From contig JAFQZK010000025.1 of NCBI GenBank assembly GCA_017405965.1, positions 61,170 to 125,169 on the forward strand: DNA of 64,000 bases. Reading direction: 5' to 3'. The stretch is from Muribaculaceae bacterium. GTDB taxonomy: Bacteria; Bacteroidota; Bacteroidia; Bacteroidales; Muribaculaceae. The notes beneath the pieces were generated by a model. The model had not been told where the DNA came from. It saw only the letters and a program-made list of their open reading frames with translations, and searched no databases. Numbering within the stretch: position 1 is the stretch's first letter; every line of letters starts with the position of its first letter. This document shows, piece by piece, positions 1 to 8,552 of this stretch. Both the position numbers and the translations under genes were made by a program.

Positions 1-1
1 T

Positions 2-448
2 GTCAAGACGGGCCTTGACGGGGCCGACTTCGACTACGAGGGCTGGAGCGGCCAGCACCTGATCTGGGCCATCGAGGAGTGTGACAAGATCTTCGGACCC
101 ACCGGTCAATATCCCGAGAAACTGGTCATCGTCGATTATTTCTCGGCTTCACCCCCTACGGCATGTGACCCCTGGGTGGACTATTATGTCAAGCAGGCCT
201 ACAGCCAGCAAGGTGCCGGCGTGGGAGCCATGGGACATCCCGACGAGAAGACGGTCTACTGCGAGTCCTTTGGCCAGAAACCCACGGGCGGCGAAATCTT
301 CAACTATGCCGCTTGGGAGCCCGCCACAGGCCACAAGGGCGGCTGCGGTGCCTACTATGTGGAGCGCAACTACTACAACACGAGTGACGGCGTGCCCTAC
401 GGCGCCATTCGCCGCGCCATCCAAATCATGAACCCCGCAGGGAGATAA
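2..448 (+). CDS. Glycoside hydrolase family 18 (endo-beta-N-acetylglucosaminidase/chitinase-like), C-terminal part; 5' end lies outside the window
   Basis: Frame 2 is open from base 2. The translation begins VKTGLDGADFDYEGWSGQ, which is the GH18 DxxDxDxE catalytic signature (LDGADFDYE). Stop at 446-448. It is followed by a DUF1735/LamG lipoprotein, as in Bacteroidota N-glycan PULs. Confidence 0.7.
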   Translation, partial: VKTGLDGADFDYEGWSGQHLIWAIEECDKIFGPTGQYPEKLVIVDYFSASPPTACDPWVDYYVKQAYSQQGAGVGAMGHPDEKTVYCESFGQKPTGGEIFNYAAWEPATGHKGGCGAYYVERNYYNTSDGVPYGAIRRAIQIMNPAGR

Positions 449-517
449 TAGTTAATAGTCAAGAGATGCTTCCTTAAGGTCTTTAAAGTCCTTAAGGTCC
501 CTAATAATAGAACAACA

Positions 518-1738
518 ATGAAAAAATCGATTCTGAATATCATCTTGCTGCTGGCTGTCGGTTGCCTATTGGCTGCCTGTGACAGCGAGGGCGACAAGTT
601 TGACTACCAAAAGGTGGGACTGCTCATCTCGGGTACCGAACAAGTGCCGGTGCAGCGGTTCACCGTCGATGAACTGCCGGCGGCCTATGCCGTCACCGTC
701 AAGGCCACGCGTCGCTGCCCCAAGGACGTCACGGTGCATCTGGCCATCGACACGTCACTGGTGAGGAGTTACAACGCCACCCATGGCACAGCCTATTATG
801 CTGTATCGCCTTCCAGCGTGGCAATCGAGGAGAGCAAGGTCACCCTGCGCCAGGGAGAGGCGCTGTCAACGGCCGCCCAGGTCAAGGTGCTCAACACCGA
901 CGACTTCATCGAGGGTGCCACCTATGTCATCCCTGTGACCATACGTCAAGTCGAGGGTGATGGCGGCGAAGTGATTGAGAGCAGCCGCACGATTTTCCTG
1001 CAGATTTCCCGCATTATCTCGTTCTACTCGCTCGAGAACAACCAGAACGCCTCGTCGAACTACATCTTCCCCGATGACAAGATGGTGAACCTCACCAACT
1101 ACACCATCGAGTTCAAGGTCTATTCCTACAACTTCGGTAACGTGGGCAACATCAAGCGCGTGCTCGCCATCGAGGGCAAGAACGAGGAAGAAGCCAACAT
1201 GTTCCGCTTCGGCGAGAACGGTTCGGCAGGCGGCGACATCCTGCAATGGGTGCTGCCTGGCGGCAGATGCTTCTCCTCAACCCACTTCAAGACCAATCGC
1301 TGGTATCTGGTGTCTTGCACCTACGACGGCTCGACGTTCAAGATGTATGTCGACGGCGTGGAGGATGCCCAGACCAGCGGTAGCGGCAAGGCTACGCCCT
1401 TCCAGCGCTTCGAGTTGGGAATGTCGTGGGGCAACTACCGCACGAGTCAGTTCTTCCAAGGCCGCCTGTGCGAGGTGCGCGTGTGGAACCGTGCCCTCAC
1501 GGCGAGCGAGATCGCCATGGGTTTTGCCGGCGTGAACGCCCAAAGCGAGGGCCTGGTCGCCTACTGGAAGATGAACGAGGGAGAAGGCCACATTTTCCAC
1601 GATGCTACAGGCCATGGTTATGACATGGACTGGACCGACACCTGGCGCGACGACCGCGAGAACGGTGTGCTCGTTGCACACGACTACAGCCAGTACATAC
1701 GCTGGATCAAGGACGACAACAACAAGGTAGCCCAATAA
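518..1738 (+). CDS. Surface lipoprotein, DUF1735-like N-terminal domain plus LamG/concanavalin-A-like C-terminal domain
   Basis: ATG at 518. Lipoprotein signal MKKSILNIILLLAVGCLLAAC. C-terminal region YLVSCTYDGSTFKMYVDGV...GRLCEVRVWNRALTASEI is typical of Laminin_G_3. It sits downstream of the GH18 gene. Confidence 0.7.
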   Translation: MKKSILNIILLLAVGCLLAACDSEGDKFDYQKVGLLISGTEQVPVQRFTVDELPAAYAVTVKATRRCPKDVTVHLAIDTSLVRSYNATHGTAYYAVSPSSVAIEESKVTLRQGEALSTAAQVKVLNTDDFIEGATYVIPVTIRQVEGDGGEVIESSRTIFLQISRIISFYSLENNQNASSNYIFPDDKMVNLTNYTIEFKVYSYNFGNVGNIKRVLAIEGKNEEEANMFRFGENGSAGGDILQWVLPGGRCFSSTHFKTNRWYLVSCTYDGSTFKMYVDGVEDAQTSGSGKATPFQRFELGMSWGNYRTSQFFQGRLCEVRVWNRALTASEIAMGFAGVNAQSEGLVAYWKMNEGEGHIFHDATGHGYDMDWTDTWRDDRENGVLVAHDYSQYIRWIKDDNNKVAQ

Positions 1739-1829
1739 CGCCCTCATCCAGGAAAAAAGAACCGTGCCGGCGCAGGGAAAATGATTCTCCTTGCGCCGGC
1801 ACGATTATCATATCGAACTGCGAAATGCG

Positions 1830-2924
1830 TCAGTCTTCCTGCTCCAGTTTGAAGAGCTCATCGACTGCAGCCTTGAGGTTGGGTGCCAGCGGCGGGATAT
1901 GGTAATTCTGTTCCAGACGCCGCAGCTCGTTGATGTCCATCTCTACCTTGTTGTCCTTGCGCGTCTGCTTGAACTCTTTCTTGTCGATGTAGTCGCGCTC
2001 GATGGTGAAGGTCTCGAACAAGATGATGTAATCCTGGTCAATACGGTCAAAGTGTCCCGATATCAGTGCCTGTTTCATCACCAGGTCATCGATACGGGAT
2101 TGCCCATTCTCGTTGATGTTATAGACCTCATAATAGCCGTGATTGGACTTGTGTTCCTTCTTTTTCACTTTTTGTTTTTTGCCTGTCTTGGCTTCCTTGG
2201 CGGCCGCCTCGGTCGCTTTGATGTGGTCCCTGTAAGTCCATCGGTCGAAGTTGGTCGTGCGCTTGCCTTCCTGGAAATCGTCCTCGATGTAGCCTATCGC
2301 CGAAATCGTGTCGCTCACTATCCGTCGGCCCGAGGGGTCCTCGGTAATAAACACTTTGCCTTGATCGGCATATTTCAAGATTTTCTTGTAATCGGGCAAC
2401 GTGTCGATTTGAGCCCACTCATCGATGTAACGGCCCACAAGTGTACTGAGCACGAAACGATAAAAACCATTGAGCCCCCTGGACACGCTGCGGGTCTTGG
2501 AAGAGACTTTCTGTTTGGCGAACTCGTAGGTATTGTCCACAGTGCCAGCACGGAAATAGATAGGGCCATCGTCACAGACGTACACGCATCGGAAATAGGT
2601 CTGCACATAGAGCATGTCCTTGGGCCTGACTTCCAGTTCACTGAGTTGGAAATTGGCATCCTGCATCACCACCGTCAAGCTCGGAATCGTGTCGATATTC
2701 ACGTCCATGGCCTTGAAAGCCACATGAGAGAAGTAGAGGTGCTTCACACCCTTGGCGTCGTTCAGCCAGCCATCGTTATCGGTAGTTCCCACCAAGGCAC
2801 CCTTCTCGTTGGTCACACACACGGCAGCGATGGGCAGACCATCGATATCAACGACTTGAAGCCTTTGGGCATAGGTTGCAGCGGCCATGACCACAAACAA
2901 CATCAGAACATAAATCTTTCTCAT
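1830..2924 (-). CDS. Secreted hypothetical protein with carboxypeptidase-regulatory-like N-terminal domain and a Lys-rich segment
   Basis: The track start at 2954 is a TTG. The ATG at 2924 gives MRKIYVLMLFVVMAAATYAQ (signal peptide). A TACCTTTG -7 box on the minus strand at 2952-2959 lies 28 bp upstream of that ATG. RLQVVDIDGLPIAAVCVTNEKGALVGTTDNDGW resembles CarboxypepD_reg. Confidence 0.55.
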   Translation of the reverse strand: MRKIYVLMLFVVMAAATYAQRLQVVDIDGLPIAAVCVTNEKGALVGTTDNDGWLNDAKGVKHLYFSHVAFKAMDVNIDTIPSLTVVMQDANFQLSELEVRPKDMLYVQTYFRCVYVCDDGPIYFRAGTVDNTYEFAKQKVSSKTRSVSRGLNGFYRFVLSTLVGRYIDEWAQIDTLPDYKKILKYADQGKVFITEDPSGRRIVSDTISAIGYIEDDFQEGKRTTNFDRWTYRDHIKATEAAAKEAKTGKKQKVKKKEHKSNHGYYEVYNINENGQSRIDDLVMKQALISGHFDRIDQDYIILFETFTIERDYIDKKEFKQTRKDNKVEMDINELRRLEQNYHIPPLAPNLKAAVDELFKLEQED

Positions 2925-2951
2925 ATCACTGAATTGATAAAAAACTGTTTG

Positions 2952-2959
2952 CAAAGGTA
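2952..2959 (-). promoter_or_regulatory. Bacteroidota -7 promoter box (TACCTTTG)
   Basis: Exact TAnnTTTG match on the minus strand, 28 bp upstream of ATG 2924. Confidence 0.45.
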
Positions 2960-3023
2960 ATGCAAGTCGAATGGAGCGCCAAACAAAAAACCATTTTTGT
3001 TTGTTTCTGTCCTCGGCTTGTAC

Positions 3024-3031
3024 TACCTTTG
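3024..3031 (+). promoter_or_regulatory. Bacteroidota -7 promoter box (TACCTTTG) for manA
   Basis: Exact TAnnTTTG match 21 bp upstream of ATG 3052. Confidence 0.45.
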
Positions 3032-3051
3032 TCGGTTGAAACTATCTCAAC

Positions 3052-4014
3052 ATGCAGATTTATAAGTTCAATCACGTACTCAAGACCGTCCTGTGGGGCG
3101 GTGACAAGTTGACGGAGTTCGAGCACCTCCCGTCAACCGATGAACCCATCGGCGAGAGCTGGGAACTGTCGGCAGTGCCCGGACTCGAGAGCGTTGTCAA
3201 GGGGGGAGAAGATGACGGCCTGACACTCACCGAGTTGCTGCAACGACACGGTGCAGCACTTGTGGGCGAGGAAGTCTATCAGCACTATGGTGACCATTTC
3301 CCGCTGCTCATCAAGTTCATCGATGCCAAGCGCGACCTGTCCATCCAGGTGCATCCTGACGATGCACTGGCGCAGAGACGTCATGGCAGTCTGGGCAAGA
3401 CTGAGATGTGGTATATCATTCAGGCTGACGAGGGTTCCAAGATCCTTACGGGCTTTAAGCGTCCGATGTCACCTGAGGAATATGAGCGCCGCATTGCCGA
3501 CGGCACCATTCTCGACGTCATCAATGTCACCGAGTCCAAACCCGGCGACGTGTTCTTCATCCCTGCTGGACAGGTTCATGCCATCGGTGCGGGCAACCTG
3601 CTGGCCGAAATCCAGCAGTCCAGTGATATCACCTATCGCGTCTATGACTACAACCGCCTGGATGCCAATGGCAAGCCACGCGAGTTGCACACCGAACAGG
3701 CCCGCGAGGCACTCAACTACAATGTCGTTAACAGCCGTGTGGACTATGAGCCCGCACCCATTCCCGGCATCACCTCGCTGGTGAGATGTCCCAAATTTGA
3801 AGTGCAGCGCATCGACTTCAACGACGGCTTCACGCTCTCGCTGCCCCAACCGCACTCGTTCGTGGCAATGATGTGCCTCGAGGGCGCCACGACTCTCCAT
3901 GTCGCTGATATGGAGCCCGTATCGTTGCGCCAGGGCGAGACAGTTCTCGTTCCTGCCGTGGTCAACAAGGTCGAGATGACAGGCTCGGCCCAACTGCTCA
4001 CTGCCACCATCTGA
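3052..4014 (+). CDS. manA: Mannose-6-phosphate isomerase, class I
   Basis: ESWELSAVPG, FPLLIKFIDAKRDLSIQVHPDD, GKTEMWYI and AGQVHAIGAGNLLAEIQQSSDITYRVYDYNR are the type I PMI cupin and metal-ligand motifs. Confidence 0.85.
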   Translation: MQIYKFNHVLKTVLWGGDKLTEFEHLPSTDEPIGESWELSAVPGLESVVKGGEDDGLTLTELLQRHGAALVGEEVYQHYGDHFPLLIKFIDAKRDLSIQVHPDDALAQRRHGSLGKTEMWYIIQADEGSKILTGFKRPMSPEEYERRIADGTILDVINVTESKPGDVFFIPAGQVHAIGAGNLLAEIQQSSDITYRVYDYNRLDANGKPRELHTEQAREALNYNVVNSRVDYEPAPIPGITSLVRCPKFEVQRIDFNDGFTLSLPQPHSFVAMMCLEGATTLHVADMEPVSLRQGETVLVPAVVNKVEMTGSAQLLTATI

Positions 4015-4044
4015 AGATCATAACTAAAGACTATAACCAACATC

Positions 4045-5055
4045 ATGACTAAAACTAAATGGATCATTGGCGGTATCGCCGCCCTGGTAATCATTCTTGC
4101 GGCATGTGCCGCACCTTATTTCTTCATCGGCGCCCCTGCCGAGGGCGTTGTCAAGGTGCGTAAAGGCAGCACCATCGACATGATCAGCGACAGCATCCAG
4201 GCTAACGTTGACGCCACCTTCGGCAAACGAGTGGCCACGATGATGAACCTGATGGGCGCCAAGGTCGAGAACCGTGAGGGTGCCTTCCGCATCAAGCCGG
4301 GCATGTCGCCTTTCACCGCCGCCCGCCGCATCAAGAACGGCGTGCAGGACGGCATCCGCTTCACTTTCAACAACGTGCGCACCCTCGACGAGTGGACACA
4401 GCGCTGGGGCGACACCTTCATGGAAGGCCCCGACAACATGCGCAAGGCATTGAAAGACAGCGCCACCTGCGCCAAATACGGCAAGACACCCGAGACCATC
4501 GCCTGCTTGCTGATGCCCGACACCTACGAGTTCTACTGGAACATCAGTCCCGAGAAAATGCTCGACCGCATGTTCGACTATTACAACGAGTTCTGGACCG
4601 CCGAGCGCAAGGCCAAGGCCGAGCGCTTGGGCCTCACACCCGACCAAGTGGCTACCGTCGCCTCGATTGTCGAGGAAGAGACTGTCAAGGCCGACGAACG
4701 CGGCAAGGTGGCTCGTCTGTACCTGAACCGTTACCAACAGGGCATGCGCCTCCAGGCCGACCCGACGGTGAAATTCGCCATCGGCGACTTCTCCATCAAG
4801 CGCATCACCGTGCCCATGACACAAATCAACTCGCCTTACAACACTTATCGTGTCGACGGCTTGCCTCCCGGTCCTATCCGTCTGCCCGAGAAATCGACCA
4901 TCGATGCCGTGCTCGATGCTCCGCAGCACGACTACCTGTACATGTGTGCAAGGCCCGATTTCAGCGGTTATCACGACTTCACGCGCGACTACAAGTCCCA
5001 CCTGGATAACGCCCACCGCTACCAGGACGCCCTCAACTCGCGTGGCATCAAGTAA
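4045..5055 (+). CDS. mltG: Endolytic peptidoglycan transglycosylase MltG (YceG family)
   Basis: N-terminal TM helix. ASIVEEET, LQADPTV and SPYNTYRVDGLPPGPI are YceG/MltG hallmarks. Confidence 0.9.
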   Translation: MTKTKWIIGGIAALVIILAACAAPYFFIGAPAEGVVKVRKGSTIDMISDSIQANVDATFGKRVATMMNLMGAKVENREGAFRIKPGMSPFTAARRIKNGVQDGIRFTFNNVRTLDEWTQRWGDTFMEGPDNMRKALKDSATCAKYGKTPETIACLLMPDTYEFYWNISPEKMLDRMFDYYNEFWTAERKAKAERLGLTPDQVATVASIVEEETVKADERGKVARLYLNRYQQGMRLQADPTVKFAIGDFSIKRITVPMTQINSPYNTYRVDGLPPGPIRLPEKSTIDAVLDAPQHDYLYMCARPDFSGYHDFTRDYKSHLDNAHRYQDALNSRGIK

Positions 5056-5113
5056 TTGTTAACTGACAATATCATGCTGTGATACTTTTCACGGCCTAAA
5101 ACAATACAACAAT

Positions 5114-5362
5114 ATGGAAAAAGAAGAAAAAATCGTCGTGCTGGAGAAATATGCCAGTGCCATCGACGCCAACATCGTCAAGGGAGCCCTCGAGGCCAGC
5201 GGCATCCCCGCAGGAGTGATCGTTGACAGTACCGCCAACGCCATCTGGATGGCTCCTGCCAGGGTCGTTGTCTTTGAGCGCGACCTGGAACTGGCAAAGC
5301 AGGTCATCAGCGAGAATGGCGAGGACAGCATCGACGCTATCGAGGACACAACCGACGAGTGA
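5114..5362 (+). CDS. DUF2007-like putative signal-transducing small protein
   Basis: 82 aa. The YASAIDANIVKGALEASGIPAGVIVD pattern is typical of DUF2007. Confidence 0.55.
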   Translation: MEKEEKIVVLEKYASAIDANIVKGALEASGIPAGVIVDSTANAIWMAPARVVVFERDLELAKQVISENGEDSIDAIEDTTDE

Positions 5363-5422
5363 ATATACTAAAAAGGGGATTTCTTCGTTATACTATTATC
5401 AGCAACATCTATAGATAACGAT

Positions 5423-6454
5423 ATGACAACCTATCTGCGTCACTTGATATTACTGGCTGTTTGGGCTGTGGCACTGTTTGCCGTGGCCGATAACGGCTCT
5501 GGCACCACGGCCTATAATTTCCTGAACGTCCCCTCGTCGAGCCACGTCTATGGTTTGGGCGGTCACAACCTCACCATCATCGACGACGACATCAACCTGG
5601 TTGAACAGAACCCGGCCCTGCTGGGTCCCGAGTATGACCACCAGGTGGGACTGAACTACATGCGCTACATCGGTGAGACCAACTTCGCCGGTCTGCGCTA
5701 CGGTCAGGGCGTCAGCGAGCATGGTGCAGTGGCCGTGGGCATCCAGTACTTCGGTTACGGGAATATTCAAGGCGCCGACATGGACGGCACCCTCACGGGC
5801 AAGTTCAGCGCCAGCGACATGGCGTTCAGCCTCACCTACAGCCACGACATCAGCGAGAAATTCCGCGGCGGTATCACCGTCAAGTACCTCTACTCCAAGT
5901 ATGAGGACTACTCCGCCGGTGCCGTAGCGGCCGACCTGGGTATCAACTTCTATGACCCCGACCATGAGTTTTCGGCCTCGCTGGTGGCCAAGAACCTGGG
6001 AGGTCAGGTGAAGAAGTTCAACGACTACAAGGACAACCTGCCATGGGACATCCAGGTAGGTTTCAGCAAGATGCTGGGCATGGCCCCCATCCGCCTGCAT
6101 GTCACGGCCTATGAACTGGCCCGTTGGAGTTCACCCTACTACAAGATCCAGGATGTCAACAACCCCAACAGCGACCTGATCAAGAAAGAATCGTTCGGCA
6201 GCAACCTGTTGCGCCACCTCGTGTTCGGTGTCGATATCCTGCCCAGCAACAACATTTATCTGGGCCTCGGTTACAACTACCGCACCCGTTCCGACATGGC
6301 CACCTACAAGCGCGACTTCATGTCGGGCCTCTCGGTGGCAGGCGGCCTGAAAGTGAAGGCATTCGGCATCGGGGCCGCTTATGCCCGCCCCCATACCGGC
6401 GCATCCACTTTCATGTTCAACCTCACCACCAGCATTGGCGAACTCGTGAAATAA
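5423..6454 (+). CDS. porQ: Type IX secretion system outer-membrane protein PorQ-like
   Basis: Signal peptide. N-terminal TAYNFLNVPSSSHVYGLGGHNLTIIDDDINLVEQNPALLG signature. 343-aa beta-barrel-like composition with alternating aromatic residues. Confidence 0.6.
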   Translation: MTTYLRHLILLAVWAVALFAVADNGSGTTAYNFLNVPSSSHVYGLGGHNLTIIDDDINLVEQNPALLGPEYDHQVGLNYMRYIGETNFAGLRYGQGVSEHGAVAVGIQYFGYGNIQGADMDGTLTGKFSASDMAFSLTYSHDISEKFRGGITVKYLYSKYEDYSAGAVAADLGINFYDPDHEFSASLVAKNLGGQVKKFNDYKDNLPWDIQVGFSKMLGMAPIRLHVTAYELARWSSPYYKIQDVNNPNSDLIKKESFGSNLLRHLVFGVDILPSNNIYLGLGYNYRTRSDMATYKRDFMSGLSVAGGLKVKAFGIGAAYARPHTGASTFMFNLTTSIGELVK

Positions 6455-6586
6455 CCCACGATTCAACCCATCGTTTACACGACACAACACAACCCCGCGC
6501 ATGTCCACTGCATGGCACGGGGTTGATTCATCTTGCCGTCAAACAAAAAAACGCATCCAATTAACGTATTGCAATGAAAAAAACAG

Positions 6587-6594
6587 TAACTTTG
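6587..6594 (+). promoter_or_regulatory. Bacteroidota -7 promoter box (TAACTTTG)
   Basis: Exact TAnnTTTG match 32 bp upstream of ATG 6626. Confidence 0.45.
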
Positions 6595-6625
6595 TAGTTT
6601 CAAACATGTTTTTCTCATTTAGACT

Positions 6626-7174
6626 ATGCACAACACCAGCAAACAATATGACGAGGTGATTGCCGTGTGCCGTGAGCTGTTCATCAACAAGATGAAGGAT
6701 TACGGTCCCTCGTGGCGCATCCTGCGGCCGCGTTCGGTTACCGACCAGATCTTCATCAAGGCCAAGCGCATCCGCACCCTGGAACTCAACGGCGAGACCA
6801 AGGTGGGTGAAGGCATCTGGCCCGAATTCATCGGGATCATCAACTACGGCATCATCGGGATGATTCAGCTGCAGTTGGGTTACACCGACACGGTGGACAT
6901 CACCCGCGAGGAAGCCCTGGAACTCTACGACAAACACATCAAGGCCACCAAGGACCTCATGATTGCCAAGAACACCGACTATGGTGAGGCATGGCGCGAC
7001 ATGCGCATCTCGAGTTATACCGACCTGATTCTGACCAAGATTCAGCGCACCAAGGAGATTGAGAATCACAACGGTGCCACTCTCGTGAGCGAGGGTATCG
7101 ACGCCAACTACCAGGACATGATCAACTACAGCGTGTTCGCTCTGATCAAGCACAACGAGGGAATCGGCGAATAA
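6626..7174 (+). CDS. DUF1599 domain protein
   Basis: KMKDYGPSWRILRPRSVTDQIFIKAKRIRTLE and a second half-repeat DYGEAWRDMRISSYTDLILTKIQRTKEIE form the duplicated DUF1599 pattern. Confidence 0.65.
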   Translation: MHNTSKQYDEVIAVCRELFINKMKDYGPSWRILRPRSVTDQIFIKAKRIRTLELNGETKVGEGIWPEFIGIINYGIIGMIQLQLGYTDTVDITREEALELYDKHIKATKDLMIAKNTDYGEAWRDMRISSYTDLILTKIQRTKEIENHNGATLVSEGIDANYQDMINYSVFALIKHNEGIGE

Positions 7175-7220
7175 CCGCCAATTTGCCGATGCCCACTAAA
7201 ACTAAGGATTAAAAACTGAA

Positions 7221-8552
7221 ATGACCATCAAGGCTATCATCAATGCCGTCAAGGGCGAGACGTGGTGTCGCCTGTTGACCACCCTCATGAGGCTCGTCGT
7301 GGGTGGCTTGTTTGTCTTCTCGGGATTCACCAAGGCGGTGGACCCCTGGGGCACCTGCTACAAAATCACCGACTACCTCAACGCCATGGGTATGGAGCAA
7401 TGGGGCGACACGGCCTTGTTCCTCGCTGTGGCTCTTGCGGCCCTCGAGTTCATGGTCGGCATGGCCATTGTGGTGGGCGCCTACAGGACGAGCTCGCTGA
7501 TTATCGCCTTACTGATGATGGCAGTGATGACACCGGTCACCCTGTGGCTTGCCATTACCGACGCCGTACCTGACTGCGGCTGCTTCGGCGATGCGCTGCA
7601 CCTGAGCAACTGGGCGACGTTCTTCAAGAACATTTTGCTCATCCTGGGTCTCATCTACCTGCTCATGTTCAACAAGAGCCTCAAGGGCGTCTATGGGCCG
7701 GCGGTGCACTGGATAGTGATGGCGGTATCATTTGCCATGGTGATGGCGGTAGCCTACTACGGCTACTTTGTCCAGCCCCTCATCGATTACAGGCCCTATC
7801 CCGTGGGCACCCGGCTGGCAGACATGAATGTTGCCGACACCGAGGACGAGAACGGCGAGGATGACTTCATCTTCATCTACAGCCGCGACGGTGTGGAGCA
7901 GGAGTTCACCATCGACAGTCTGCCCGACGAGGAAGACGGTTGGGAATACGTCACGCGCTATCACGCACGACGGCCGCACGGCAAAGTCATCATCCAGAAC
8001 GGTGCTTCGCCCAACAGCATCGCCATCCTGGACGAAGAGGGCAACGATGTCACCCTCGACGTGTTGACGCGTAACCGCCACATGGTGTTGCTGCTGTTCC
8101 CTGACCTGCCGGAAGTGGGCGCACTCCATTCATTCGCCCTCAATGAACTGAATGACGCCGCCCTGGTCGCCGATGCCGACGTAGTCGCCCTCACACCCGC
8201 GACGGCCCAGGAAATCGAGCAATGGAAGGATATCTCGATGGCCTCCTACCCGATCTACAACATGGATGACAGCGAACTCAAGATGATTGCCCGCGGCAAT
8301 CCCGCCGTGGTCTATCTCGAGGACGGCACCATCAAGTGGAAACGGACCCTCACCTCGCTCGAGGATGTCGAGCAGCCCGTGGAACTGAACCGGTTGAGCG
8401 ACGATTATGACGCCGACGGCATCATGACACGCCTGATGGCCGCTTTCCTGCTCGCCCTGTTGGCCATCCTGATTCTCAACCGCTCGCACCTGGTGCTGAG
8501 GCATCTTTTCACAAGAAAAAAACCAACGACTAAAGACCAAACTACGATATGA
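7221..8552 (+). CDS. DoxX/MauE-like membrane protein with thioredoxin-fold-like C-terminal domain (BT_3928-like family)
   Basis: Multiple N-terminal TM helices and a DCGCFG motif (MauE/DoxX type). A soluble region follows (HMVLLLFPDLPEVG...), then a terminal TM helix. The stop overlaps the next start (ATGA at 8549-8552). Confidence 0.6.
   Translation: MTIKAIINAVKGETWCRLLTTLMRLVVGGLFVFSGFTKAVDPWGTCYKITDYLNAMGMEQWGDTALFLAVALAALEFMVGMAIVVGAYRTSSLIIALLMMAVMTPVTLWLAITDAVPDCGCFGDALHLSNWATFFKNILLILGLIYLLMFNKSLKGVYGPAVHWIVMAVSFAMVMAVAYYGYFVQPLIDYRPYPVGTRLADMNVADTEDENGEDDFIFIYSRDGVEQEFTIDSLPDEEDGWEYVTRYHARRPHGKVIIQNGASPNSIAILDEEGNDVTLDVLTRNRHMVLLLFPDLPEVGALHSFALNELNDAALVADADVVALTPATAQEIEQWKDISMASYPIYNMDDSELKMIARGNPAVVYLEDGTIKWKRTLTSLEDVEQPVELNRLSDDYDADGIMTRLMAAFLLALLAILILNRSHLVLRHLFTRKKPTTKDQTTI

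Noticed and set aside
1791-2960. 389-aa plus-strand ORF
   Set aside because: It is fully antisense to the better-supported minus-strand gene 1830-2924. It is rich in Val, Leu, His and Asp and has no recognisable motif. This is the typical shadow ORF of a GC-rich coding region.
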